DNA of 64,000 bases from Dendrobates tinctorius. Its lineage: Eukaryota. The stretch's first letter is position 1. Each line of letters starts with the position of its first letter. Below, in pieces: positions 1-12,680 of this stretch. Position numbers and translations under genes: made by a program. Below the pieces are notes generated by a model that saw only the letters and a program-made list of their open reading frames with translations, had not been told where the DNA came from and searched no databases. The stretch lies in the NCBI RefSeq assembly GCF_039654945.1, contig NW_027361898.1:11284001-11348000 (forward strand), written 5' to 3'.

Positions 1-240
1 ATAAACTACAGCCATAAAGTGACTGCTAAATTAAATACCTATATCAATAAAGGTGTGTAGCCAAAATAAATAAGGTACAACGGAAAACATGACATCTAAG
101 CCTAAGTCCCTATACCTCTGCAAACTAAAGCTAATAGCCCAGTGAACCAAATGAGGATGAATGAACCAAAAGTGATATTACCTAAATGCTGTGGACACAG
201 GTAACGGTGAGCGCTGCAGCCTCCTCCACTATTCTAGTGT

Positions 241-785
241 AATTATGTAGTATATATGTAGTATGTGTGTAGTATGTATGTATGTTGTATGAATGTAGTA
301 TATATGTAGTATGTATGTATGTTGTATGAATGTAGTATATATGTAGCATGTATGTATTATGTAGTATGTATGTTGTATGAATGTATTATATATGTAGTAT
401 GTATGTGGTATGTAGTATGTATGTATGTTGTATGAATGCAGCATATATGTAGTATGTATGTATTATGCAGTATGTATGTATGTAGTATGTATGTATGTTG
501 TATGAATGTAGTATATATGAAGTATGTATGTATGTTGTATGAATGTATTATATATGTAGTATGTATGTAGTATGTAGTATGTATGTATGTTGTATGAATG
601 CAGCATATATGTAGTATGTATGTATTATGCAGTATGTATATATGTAGTATGTATGTATGTTGTATGAATGTAGTATATATGAAGTATGTATGTAGTATGT
701 ATGTATGTTGTATGAATGTTGTATATATGTAGTATGTATGCAGTATGTATGCAGTATGTATGTAGTATGTATGTGGTATGTATGT
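241..785. repeat. Low-complexity (TATG/TAGTATG)n satellite followed by poly-T
   Basis: Reiterated tatg/tagtatg/tatgaatg motifs are directly visible. The overlapping Y/H/T/I-rich ORFs are by-products. Confidence 0.95.
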
Positions 786-934
786 TTTTTTTTTTTTTAC
801 ATTCAACACATTAGCCGGATGATGGAACTACTACTGTACCATCATTGGCTAATGTGTCAATCACTGTCATTGTAGCAGACATAGCCTGATGGGACTTGTA
901 GTCCCATCGGACGATGCCTGCGCACACACACAAC

Positions 935-1246
935 CCCCGACAGGCTCGTACAGACCCCCGGCAGGCCCATACAAACCCCCGACAGACCCGCACAGACCCC
1001 GGGCAGCCCACACCGACCCCCAGCAGGCCCGCACAGACCCCCGGCAGCCCGCACAGACCCCCCGGCAGTCCCGCACAGACCCCCGGCAGTCCCGCACAGA
1101 CCCCCGGCAGCCCGCACAGACCCCCGGCAGGCCCGCACAGACCCCCGGCAGCCCGCACAGACCCCCGGCAGGCCCGTACAAACCCCGGCAGGCCCGTACA
1201 GACCCCCGGCAGGCCCGCACAGACCCCCGGCAGGCCCGCACAGACC
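935..1246. repeat. GC-rich 20-21 bp minisatellite (GCCCGCACAGACCCCCGGCA[G])n
   Basis: About 14-15 tandem units visible. Confidence 0.95.
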
Positions 1247-1334
1247 GTGCATCATGATGACATCATTTCAGCCGTCAATCACAGCCATGCCATTAGTTAA
1301 CATGGCTAACACAACTGGCTCATTGCATTATGGG

Positions 1335-1449
1335 ATCTTCCGATTCCGGTATTCGATATTGTAAAAATATCGGAACTTGGTATTGGAACTCCGATACAGC
1401 GAATATCTGCCGATACCCAATATTTGAAGTATCGGAATGCTCAACACTA
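1335..1449. mobile_element. Right end of a hAT-type MITE
   Basis: Ends in GCTCAACACTA, the reverse complement of the TAG(A/T)G(A/T)TGAGC TIR seen on other hAT elements here. Subterminal CCGATA/TATCGG repeats. Confidence 0.6.
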
Positions 1450-1698
1450 GTCATTGATGATTATGTGGCCATATTCAGTAGGAAAGTTATGTATTATACG
1501 GCACCTATTCACAAGTCATGACTGAGGAGAAGCTGATTTTCTCCTACCCTCTATACAATATTCATATGTTATAATAGGTAGATGAAAAGCTAATATTTAG
1601 ATTGGATAGCCCCTTGAGGTACCATATAGGTGGTTATCAATCACATTCCTGATATTGGTAAATCTGCATGATGAAAATTAAATTATTTTTGAATTTAA

Positions 1699-1941
1699 AG
1701 GGGTTTTCCACTAAAATGATATCAATGGCTAAATATTAGAGTAGGTCATCAGTATCAGATCAGTGGGAGCCCAACACTCGGTATCCCCACAGTTCATCGC
1801 TCACCAGTTTTGCAAGTAGCTGGACATAAAAACAGTACAAAGTGGAATACTACAGCTACAATACAAATGGTGTAGCTGTGGTGTTCTATTCCCCACACTT
1901 CAAAGGATAGATCATTAATGTCATTGTAGTGAAAAGCACCT
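1699..1941. mobile_element. T2/Kolobok-type MITE, TTAA target
   Basis: TTAA|AGGGGTTTTCCACT ... AGTGAAAAGCACCT|TTAA. Confidence 0.8.
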
Positions 1942-2921
1942 TTAAGAATATTAAAGACTAGTATATAAGTCAAAAATAATTCAACAAATCAGCTTCTTGT
2001 AAAAAGAATGGCACAACAGAAGAGATGATAGAATACAGAATCATCGAGCACATTAATCCTCACTGTCCTCTGATAATGCTAGTACTATAGAACAATATGG
2101 AACTGTATCAGTTATTCCCATAGTATATAGATTATTAAAAAATATTAATTTTCCTTCTGAAGTTCTGGTAATCCAGCTGAGTCCCACGTTGACAAAGCTG
2201 GAGATCTATAATCCTTTTGTGTTCCTTGATGACAATATTTTCATTGTATGGATTCATGTTTTCGGATTCCAATATACGCATTTGATTATATTTCATAGTA
2301 GCAAATATATTATGCATGTTTATCTCCATACCTATGAAATTTAATGTAACTGCACAACTTATTACAAGATAAAGCTAGATATGAGCCTTTGAAATTAGAA
2401 TTCACAGTCTTTGACTAATTTTTGCCAAAAATACAATTTCTGATAAACAAATTTGTATGACGCGCATAATTAAAAAGTCTCTAATTCCCAGGAAAATATG
2501 CGTAAAAGAGTCAATTGAACATGTTTTGAGCTATGTAATGCAAACCAAAGGCATATTTGACAATACACTGCAGTACTTTTCACGGTACTTAAAGACTAAT
2601 TTTAATTTTAATTTCCTAAATCAAGAGTACGCATGAAAATAAGAAACATTGTAATATATCTTATCAGAGAAATCAGTTCTTTATCTGCCAAAATTGATAA
2701 TTGATTATCAAAATTCTCAATTCTGTGGTAAAAATCTGTATTCAGTGAAGACAGACTTTCCAATTATAGAATAAATGTGAAGAAAAAAATAGCTCACTGT
2801 CCGATGGAATACAATCTGCATAGAAGCATGTGATCCACGCCACTGCCGGGCGATGATTAGCACAGGAACAGAAAGAGTTGATCAAGCTTCTAATCCCCAA
2901 TTCCACAATGTATAAAAATAA

Positions 2922-4115
2922 TCTATTCTATTATTTCTAAACACTGTTTTTGGAGATTCCTTTGTATCCCCGTTCTTACTGCACCCACACACACAAGTGA
3001 TACACCATTTGAAAGGTAAACTTGCCCCCTTCGGCAAGAAAATAGCCAAACAAGCTACACATCCACGATTTGATCACAAAATACAGTTTAAACATTCATT
3101 TTCATAAAGCTGCAGTAAGGAAAAATGACCTGCAGGTGGCACCACAGTACCCCAAAGCACACTACCAACACACTTGTAAACATGCACTGCTTTTTCGCTG
3201 ATTACTTCGCCCCACACACACACATGCTAAACCATTTGAAAGAGAAACTTGCTCCCTTCAGCAAGAAAACAGCCAAACAAACCGTACATTAAAGGGGTTG
3301 TCCGGGCTTTTCACATAATCTCAGTGCATATCTGGGCTGCAGAATGCTGACAATAAGTAATTTACCTTCTGTGGCCAGTTTGCAGGGTTTCCAAGATATG
3401 ATCTCTTGCTTGTAAGAAAAACGTCCAAGGGGGGGGTGTTCTGGCATTGAAATGAGAACTGGTTGTTTCCTCCTACTCTACTAAAAACATGCCCTCTATA
3501 GCAACAACCCCACCCTCCATAGCTACAGGCCCTCCCTGACCACATGAACAAGCCCTCCTCACACAGTATCAAATCCTCCCCCTCTAGCAGCCTCAGTGCA
3601 GAGAGCAGCTGCTCCTCCCCCAGACACACGCTGGACAGTGATCTATGGAAAGTGAAACTAGTGAGGAGGAAACGACCAGTTCTCATTTCAATGCCAGCAT
3701 ACACCCCCCCTGGACGTTTTTCTTACAAGGAAGAGATGATATCTGGCAAACGCTGCAAACTGGCCGCAGAAGGTAAATTACTTATTGACAGCATTCTGCA
3801 GCCCAGATATGCACTAAGATTATGTGAAAAGCCCGAACAACCCCTTTAACAATTTTATCACTAAATGCAGTTTAAACATTCATTTTCATAAACTTGCAGA
3901 AAGACACAATAACCTATAGGTGGGACCTCAACCGGAAAACATTTTTTGGCCTCTAGTTATCAAACCAATTTATTGTATTACCAATCTACATATATAAATA
4001 CCTGTCTGTGTTCATCAGCTCATGAAATACATTTACATTTGACCAGCTTACTTTTTCTGAAATTCCCTGTGCCCCCAACGACCAATGTGCAAAAATTTTG
4101 TGCTGGCCAAGCTAG
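2922..4115 (+). mobile_element. Non-autonomous Helitron, copy 1, interrupted by a T2 MITE
   Basis: A|TCTATTC 5' end, CTAG|T 3' end, decayed hairpin TGTGCAAAAATTTTGTGC just upstream, no TSD. Same boundaries as the homologous copy at 8712-10051. Confidence 0.8.
3293..3845. mobile_element. T2/Kolobok-type palindromic MITE
   Basis: TTAA TSDs at 3289-3292 and 3846-3849. Long inverted arms AGGGGTTGTCCGGGCTTTTCACATAATC.../...GATTATGTGAAAAGCCCGAACAACCCCT. Absent from Helitron copy 2. Confidence 0.9.
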
Positions 4116-4224
4116 TAAACATTAAAATATGATAATAGAAGAAAAATGTATTTAGTTGATATGCAGAAAAAAGCAACCTAAATATAATGTAGAGGTAAGG
4201 GGAACAGGGGGAGAAAAAGATGAG

Positions 4225-4618
4225 GATGCCACACATGTTTCGAACTCAAGTGCGTTCTTAGACTTGGTTTGAATATATTTCTACAAAAGGGAGGAACCTT
4301 ATAAAGGGCATGTGATTAATCAAAAGCAGTTACGAGTGTGTAAAGTCAGACATAAAGAAAACCTTGACAAAAATGCTTTCAATTCACAATATTTTTAAAA
4401 CATAAACTAAATCTATTGATGGAAATTTAACAGTGTAGTATTATTTCTCTCCTGAGATTCAGACCTGTAGGTATTCGGGTATTCAAAGAAAAAATATAAT
4501 ATGCGTCTCTGTTATGAAGTGCCTTTGCGCGATCACCGCCTCGTATCTGTTTTGGAATCAATTCAATAGCATTAACTGAAAAGTTTGTAACCTGTCTATT
4601 GTGGTAAGAAATGAAATG
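4225..4618 (-). mobile_element. Penelope-like element 3' end (GIY-YIG C-terminus plus hammerhead-like motif)
   Basis: Minus-strand translation HFISYHNRQVTNFSVNAIELIPKQIRGGDRAKALHNRDAYYIFSLNTRIPTGLNLRREIILHC* matches the PLE pattern HF..H..IE..RGGD..L..IF.L.T..P.GLN. CTAAGA-stem-GAAAC motif downstream. Confidence 0.85.
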
Positions 4619-5035
4619 ATGAAAGCTGTGGTATCCTTAGGTCACACTGCCACATTACACAATTACACGTCACCTGATCTCCTTCATCCAATAAGAACTC
4701 CAATTTATGAAACTTGGAGTTGGAAAATCTGCATAAAAATTGTACAGTACCACATAATCTCCTGATTTTCCTTGGTTACATGGTACAAGACCTAGTCCAA
4801 TGTATTATGAAGTTATGATTTGGGGTACATTTCTAATATACCTTAATCAAAAATTACTGGGTAAATTACATATAAATATAATAAATGTAATAGATATATT
4901 ATAGTAAATCCAGTGTCGGAGTGGGGTGATAAGGGCCCACCAGTAACATTGACTTTGGTGGGGCCCACTTTTCACCTGCATACAAATATTATACTGGCCT
5001 CATTCACAAATTTACTTATATCTCTATACGGACCT

Positions 5036-5245
5036 CACGGTGGCTCAGTGGTTAGCACTGCAGCCTTGCAGTGCTGGGGTTCTTCGTTCAAATCCCACCA
5101 AGAACAACATCTGCAAGGAGCTTGTATGTTCTCCCCATGTTTGAGTCCAAAGACATACTGATAAGGAATTTAGATTATGAGCCCCATCGGGAACAGTGCT
5201 CATAATGTCTGTAAAGCACTATATAAAATAATAAAATAAATAATA
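5036..5245 (+). mobile_element. tRNA-derived SINE (V-SINE-like), internally deleted
   Basis: A box TGGCTCAGTGG, B box GTTCAAATCC, body shared with 17047-17292, A-rich tail. Confidence 0.85.
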
Positions 5246-6331
5246 ATATACAAGGTAGTTTGGTAAATGAATGATGAGAGGCTGCTTTTTTTCTGTACGG
5301 AGTGAATCAATTGAATTATGCCAAGTACTTCCCATACAGTGGGGTTGGGAGCCCAGATCTTCACAGGGGCCCAACTGTGGATTCCCCTGCTACCCTATGG
5401 GCCAGTCCAAGCCTAAGTACATCTGTGCTTTTCTTCACTGTTTTTAATAAATAATTGAATAAATAAGCCAATACATAGTCTGTTATTTATTAACTTGTGC
5501 TGATTTAGCTTTTCTGTGATTGTGCAAAAACCATGCACGTTAGCATTTTGTAGGTTAATATTTATTGAAGGGAGTATTCATGACATTAGGCTTGACTGAA
5601 TTCCTTGCACACAGTATACAGCATTTCCACTCCGAGCTCTGAGCATATGACAGGAAGGCATTCTCTACAACATCCAATGCTCAGCCATTCCATTAGTGAA
5701 TAATTTCATTCAATGGAATCAAATGCTATAATGTATTTGAATACAAGCCGTAGATGTGTTTATTTTCCTGGGCAGTTCTGTCCTTGTAAAACATCTTTGG
5801 TCACTGTTAAAACTAGGAAGCTGGGTGTAATCTGGTGAGTCCATAGGGAGAACTATGGGGCAGCTAATTAATGCAAGAAGTCTAGTCTAGACCCGGTCAG
5901 ATTTGGGATCTCCTGCTTGGATAGACACAGATCAGTTTACGGCTTCATTCTGAACTGCTTTGATTTCTATCTGCTGCATCGTTCGTAGAACATAATTCAA
6001 TTTTCCTTTTTACTAAACAATCCCCGTTTTGAAACAAAAACAAAAAAAATTAAAGCCAGCCAACTGAGAGACTTACGGATTCTTGTAGCTGTCTGCCAGA
6101 TGCTGTGAGGTTAACCACTTAGAGCACAGGAATCCTCCTGAAATGGCTGCCGTCACTTTAAACAGGTTAAATGTACAATTCTATATTGTAAATTGGTTAA
6201 AAAGAAGGGATTCTTCCTAACTTGTAAAATATTTTTGGGATGTTTATGTTATTAATGATATTTCTTGGCGGAGGGCCACTGTGGATAAACACCTGTTTTA
6301 TCGGTAATAAGTATCATATGGAATGTGAAAA

Positions 6332-6795
6332 GATGGGGGAACTACAATACCCAGAGAGATTAGCAAAACTAGGTTTATTTAGTATAGAAAAAAGACGACT
6401 GAGGGGCGAACTAATAATCATGTATAAGTATATAAGGGGACAATACAAATATCTCTCCGAGGATCTGTTTATACCAAGGAAGGTGACGGTCACAAGGGGG
6501 CATTCTCTGCGTCTGGAGGAGAGAAGGTTTTTCCACCAACATAGAAAAGGATTCTTTACTGTTAGGACAGTGAGAATCTGGAATTCCTTGCCTGAGGAGG
6601 TGGTGATGGCAAACTCAGTCGAAGGGTTCAAAAGAGGCCTGGATGTCTTCCTGTAGCGCAACAATATTGTATCTTACAGTTATTGTTAGGTTCTTTAGAA
6701 GGACGTAGATCTGGAGATTTATTCTGACAGAATTTTATAGGCTGAACTGGATGGACTAATGTCTTTTTTCGGCCTTACTTACTAACTAACTATGA
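6332..6795 (+). mobile_element. CR1-clade LINE, 5'-truncated 3' end
   Basis: YPERLAKLGLFSIEKRRLRGELI...TRGHSLRL...FFTVRTVRIWNSLP...FKRGLD is the typical CR1 ORF2 C-terminus. Short ACTA-repeat tail. Confidence 0.92.
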
Positions 6796-7500
6796 AGGTT
6801 TTCTTTTCTTCTTTTCTTAAATAAATCCACAATGCGGCTGTAATGCTATGTAGGAACTAAGTTTCTTTAATAAATAACTGATCATAAAACCAATGGTTTC
6901 GCTGAGTTTCACCTCTGGGTAAGAGCGCTCTACATATGTCACTCGTTCCTTTGTAAACTCAGCTCGGTCTGCAGGATATTTGTTATTTCTATTGTCAGGT
7001 TGTGGAGAAGAACATCTAATCTAATATGTGCCAGAACTACTTGTATCGGAAGCTCTTTACCCAGACAAATGTTAAACAGTTGTCTGTTCAAAGCTAACCC
7101 TTCACCCTTACAAAGGTATACCCTGAGGACAGGACACAGCAGCATGACAGGTCTCCGCTCCCCCCTCTTTACTAAAATTAGTTTTGGGAGGCAGTGGCTG
7201 CAGGACTGTGGCCACCGAAAACATGGGAGGTGTGAGCTTAAAATATTTTGTCCATTTTAGGTGCACCTATATAGTCATTGTTTGAAGAATGAAGCACTTT
7301 TTGTCAAAATTATTCATTGCCTCTTTAGTTGTTTTGACATTTTTCAGCTAAAAAATGCTGCAAATACAGCAGAAGTAGGACAGTAGCTGGAACCAAGGCA
7401 GACTCAGGGGCACAACACCACTTCATAGTCTTTAGAATAGAAAAGAGTCTGGTCATGGTCATCATGGACACTGAAATTTCTGTGTTAAAACGGGGACTAA

Positions 7501-7688
7501 AGGCCCCGTCACACACAGCGATCTCGCTAGCGAGATCGCTGATTTTGTGATGCCACAGTGATCTCGCCAGCGAGATCGCTGTATGTGACACGCAACAGCG
7601 ACCGCCCCCCCGCCGGGTATAGCTGATCGTGCTCGATCGTCCTGGACCATTTTTTGATAGCTGGTCTCCCGCTGGCCAGCGCGCATCT
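7501..7688. mobile_element. PIF/Harbinger-type MITE, left half only
   Basis: TAA|AGGCCCCGTCACAC TIR; homologous to 38451-38820 and 44920-45188. Confidence 0.8.
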
Positions 7689-7689
7689 G

Positions 7690-8535
7690 TGGACACCTGG
7701 ATGTTCGGGTCCGGTGGATTCGGCCGAACAGTTAAAAATGTTCTGGTTCGGGTACCAGAACAGTACCCGGACCTGAACCCGGACCTCATTCACTTGAATT
7801 GGAGCCCGAACATCCAGCATTTGTCACGCTGTCTTATGCATGACAATGCGGCAAACACCGCTTCTGATCGGCGGTGCAATCATCCCCGCCGGTCAGAGAG
7901 CCGCGGTTCCCAATGCTGTCAAAAGATAGTGGGAGCGCTCAGCTGTGATCAGAGGTATAAAGTTCACCTCCGGTCAATGGTGATGGCTGATAGGACTACT
8001 GCTCCCATTAGCCGAGCCCTGCTGCCCCTAATGACAGCGAGAGCAGGAGCGACTGATGGGAGTATTCATCAGCCAATTCCTACGCTGTAAATAAATAATT
8101 TTAAAAAAAGGCATGGGTTCCTCTGTATTTTTGATAAACAGCCAGGAAAAAGTCACAGCTGGTTGCTACATCCCTCAGCTGTCAGCATCAGCAAGGCAAG
8201 GCTGGTTATCAAGACTAGCGGGGTACCCATGCTGTACTTTTGAATTATTTGAATAAATGTCTTAAAAAAACTGCATGGGGTCCCCCCATTTTTGACAACC
8301 AGTCTTGCTAAAGCAGGCAGCTGGAGGCTGGTATTCTCAGGCTGGTAAGGGGGCATGGATATAGCCCTTAGCCACCCAGAAATGGCGCATCTATTAGATG
8401 CACCAATTCTAGCTCTTTGCCCGGCTCTTGCCACTTGCCTTGTAGCGGTGGCAAGTGGGGTTCATATTTGTGGGTTTGTTGTCACTTTTGTATTGTCAGG
8501 TGACATCAAGCCCATGACTTAGTAATGGAGAGGCA
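7690..8535 (+). mobile_element. Non-autonomous hAT-type element, truncated copy
   Basis: Highly similar to 11632-12480 but lacks the TAGAGATGG terminus. Confidence 0.7.
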
Positions 8536-8711
8536 CCATAGTTACTCTTTGAACCTCCAAAGCTCACTGTAGCTATGCCATTGCCGCACTTTGTTTCTGC
8601 TGCAATCTGGAGTGGTGGGAACATAGAAGGATAGGTGCAGCTAAATCCAGCTCCCAGTGTTCTTGTACGGCAATCTACACTATATAAAATGATGGCTGCA
8701 CTAACAGAAAA

Positions 8712-10051
8712 TCTATTCTATTATTTCTAAACACTGTTTTTCAGTGATCCCTTTGTATCCCCGTTCATACCGCACACACAAATGATACACCATTTGAAAG
8801 GTAAACTTACCCCCTTCAGCAAGAAAATAGCCAAACAAACCACACATCTACGATTTGATCACAAAATACAGTTTAAACATTAATTTTCATAAACCTGCAA
8901 TAAGGAAAAATGACCTGCAGGTGGCACCACAGTACCACCCCAAAGCGCACTACCAACACATTTGTAAACACGCACTGCTTTTTCACTTATTACTTTGCCC
9001 CACACACACACATGATACACCATTTGAAAGTAAACTTGCTCCCTTCAGCAAGAAAACAGCCAAACAAACCACACATTCTCGATTTTATCAATAAATACAG
9101 TTTAAACAGTCATTTTCACAAACCTGCAGAAAGACACAATGACCTGCAGGTGGGACCTCAACCGGAAAAAAATTTTTGGCCTCTACTTATCAAAACAATT
9201 CATTGTATTACCAATCTACATATATATATATATATATTGTAGGGATTCGACTCGCTCAGGTGCAGCGGGAGACAATCATGAGGCAGGTTCTTCCCAAAGT
9301 TCATGAGGTTTATTTGCTCCATAAACCATAAATCAGCGTATCACCAAAATAGCCTCTAGCTTAGGCACAAAAGAACATAAACGTCCGTGGCTTCAGACTC
9401 GGACCGAGAGTCTCAGCACATGCTGGGAGGTGTAGTCCTCCCCATATACAACTAATATACCCAGCTCAGGGCAATGTCCAGAGCAGCGCTCTATCTGCAG
9501 CCGCAGACCCAGGAAGGCTTCTCCTTCCTTAGCACACAGGCCCCTCTCTGTAGTGTCCCACCTGGACACAGGGAAGTCTGTCCACACTCTCACAGACTCC
9601 CTCCACTCTCTCTCACATGTGCCAAACACCTCAATTACATAGCCCTGTAACCACACCCACAGGTGATCACATGGCTATGACATCACTAAAGGTTGTATAG
9701 ACACACACAGGTTTCCCTGACACAGTGTAACAGAAAGATCAGCAGTACCTCTGCTGATCAATACACCCTGGAGCCTGCATCCCAAGGCCACCCACCTTGA
9801 GACCCATAATGGTCATTTAGGACCCTGCTCCTGTTACCACACTGAATGTGCCTGTACACCCGTCCTGGGACACCCACACAGCGCCCCCTAGCTGACATAG
9901 TGGTAACTACACCACAATATATATATATATATATATACCTGTCTGTGTTCATCAGCTCATGAAGTACATTTACATTTGACCAGCTTGCTTTTTCTGAAAT
10001 TGCCTGCGCCCCGACGAACAATGTGCGAAAATTTCGTATGGGCCAAGCTAG
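8712..10051 (+). mobile_element. Non-autonomous Helitron, copy 2, interrupted by a solo LTR
   Basis: A|TC start, hairpin GTGCGAAAATTTCGTAT, CTAG|T end. Homologous to 2922-4115. Confidence 0.8.
9238..9916. mobile_element. Solo LTR (probably Gypsy)
   Basis: TG...CA ends (TGTAGGG...ACACCACA), 4-bp TSD ATAT inside a (TA)n tract, absent from Helitron copy 1. Confidence 0.8.
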
Positions 10052-11622
10052 TCAAATTAAAAAGGTATTTTTTTTAATGTATCTTGCTACAAAAATGTCA
10101 CTGCTATCTCTGATGTTAACATTTTTGTCAATCTATTATTTAAATTATATTAATAGTTCAAGTTTATTTTTCTTTGAATAAATTTGCAGCACTTCCTCTG
10201 ACTGTTTCTGTAACACATTACGACCTATAACAGATGGATTCTGTAATGGCCTGGAAAGCAATATGCAGCTGAACTTGATGTGAGTAGAGGCTAATGCTCC
10301 TCTCTCATTACTAGGAATGGGAATAATAATGCTTCTCATTGTATGGGATCCTTACAAATCCCACAGGACTACACTGGTGACTGCACCTGCTGAGTCCGAC
10401 CCATTAATAACTTCTCTCTGTTTCCTGAGACGCATTCAGTCCAGTATCTGTTTACAAATGTTTTCATTACGGCACCAGTCTGTAATGAAGGCGCTGGGTC
10501 AAAGGTCCATACTGTGTCCAAAATATTGTGAGGGACAGAAGAACTTATTATGTGACAAAGAGAGTCAAATGTAGCAAGTGTCAAGTGAAAAGTCGATATT
10601 TGGCTGACAGAATTTGCTGTTGATTTTCACAGCTTAGAGTTGCATTTCAATGCCAGGATTCCCCCAACTGTTACAACAAGAAAAGTTCAGAAACAATGGG
10701 GATAAAGTAGCCAAGGCATAGGATGATCAATAAGTACACACTGTAGCCATAAAAGATTCTGGTTATAAAAGTACAATACAAATTGTGACAAGAGGAAAAT
10801 ATAAAGGGGATTTCTTACAAAATCATCAAACTTAAAGGATGAGCTAATATAAAAAATTTGAATTCTCCAGATTTGCCATGTCGTTCCTTTTTAGGAAGGG
10901 CCTAATAGCAGCATCATCATCACCACACCACTGATACCAGCCATCTGGACAGTAGTACTAATATATGCTGGTCACAATTGTCCTTCTTTGCCTTTGGCAA
11001 GTGTATTTGCCTATTCTTTTAGAATCTAGACTCCGACTCCCCACTCCCAACCTCATCCTCAACTAAACGCACCAGACCATAGTGTGATACCTTTATACGA
11101 GATATATTAAAACCCGCTAATATGCTTACCTAAACAAGTTGTGTAGTAACTTCTGTGAAAGCTCAATAACGGTTGCTGCTGCCTCATTGATGGGGATGGA
11201 CTCCACCATGATGAATGAAGAAAAATAGAATTCATGGTTTTGGGCTGCACTAACTGAAATAATGATCCTTGATCCAATATATAAAAAAGCAGTTTATATA
11301 TTGGATCAAGAATCAACCTTTCGGATAGCGCAGCTCAAAACTGTGAATTGTCTTTTCCTTTAAATTATTTTTGTCACAGCTGAAATAAACCATTTTTTTA
11401 TCCTCTTGCTTTACCTAACTGCAACACAAGTTTTAAAGTTTTCTTTAACAATTTTGTGAAACCGTTACTGCTGCCAAAGAAAAAAATTACATTTTTTTCA
11501 CAAATTTTATACATTCCATTTTTTTTCATTCACATTTTATTATCTTATCACAGTTCTTGATTATTATTACCTCCACTCATCACTTTTTACTCTCACCCAG
11601 TCAATTATATTCATGTCGGCAA

Positions 11623-12680
11623 TAGAGATGGGTGGACACCTGGATGTTCGGGTCCGGCGGATTGGGCCGAACAGATAAAACTGTTCTGGTTCGGGTACCA
11701 GAACAGTACCCGGACCTCATTCACTTGAATTGGAGCCCGAACATCCAGCATTTGCCACGCTGTCTTGTGCATGACAATGCGGCAAACACCGCTTCTGATC
11801 GGCGGTGCAATCAACCCCGCCGGTCAGAGAGCCGCGGTTCCCAATGCTGTCAAAAGACAGCATGAGCCAGCAGCTGTAATCAGAGGTATAAAGTTCACCT
11901 CCGGTCACTAGTGACGGCTGATAGGACTACTGCTCCCATCAGCCGAGCCCTGCTGCCGCTAATGACAGCGAGAGCAGGAGTGGCTGATGGGAGTATTCAT
12001 CAGCCAATTCCTACGCTGTAAATAAATAATTTAAAAAAAGGCATGGGTTCCTCTGTATTTTTGAAAAACAGCCAGGAAAAACTCACAGCTGGTTGCTACA
12101 TCCCTCAGCTGTCAGCATCATCAAGGCTGGTTATCAAGACTAGAGGGGTACCCATGCTGTACTTTTTAATTATTTCAATAAATAATTTTAAAAAACGGTG
12201 TGGGGTCCCCCCATTTTTGACAACTAGTCTTATTAAAGCAGGCAGCTGAAGACTGGTATTCTCAGGCTGGTAAGGGGCCATGGATATTGGCCCCTGCAGC
12301 CTAAAAATAGCAACCCATAGCCACCCAGAAATGGCTCATCTAGTAGATGCACCAATTCTAGCACTTTGTCTGGCTCTTCCCACGTGTCCTGTAGCGGTGG
12401 CAAGTGGGGTTCATATTTGTGGGTTTGATGTCACCTTTGTATTGTCAGGTGACATCAAGCCCATGGCTTAGTAATGGAGGAGCACCTATCCATTACTAAT
12501 CCTATAATTGTATTGTAAATAAAGACACAGCCAGAATAAAGTCCTTTATTAGAAATAAAACAAAACATACTTTTACTTTTTTATTTAAAAATAACAAACA
12601 CAGTTATACTCACCTAACACCTATTTCACTGAAGCCCTTGTTCTCCTGTAATAAAACTAAAATAAAAAAAATCCTCACCT
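11623..12680 (+). mobile_element. Non-autonomous hAT-type element, left end intact
   Basis: Starts TAGAGATGGG with CCGAAC/GTTCGG subterminal repeats. Second copy at 7690-8535. Confidence 0.7.

Noticed and set aside
229-1300. Overlapping ORFs of 71-150 aa
   Set aside because: Translations of the TATG satellite and GC minisatellite; open on several frames and both strands.
5036-5105. tRNA gene
   Set aside because: A and B boxes are followed by a SINE body and tail shared with 17047; no complete cloverleaf.
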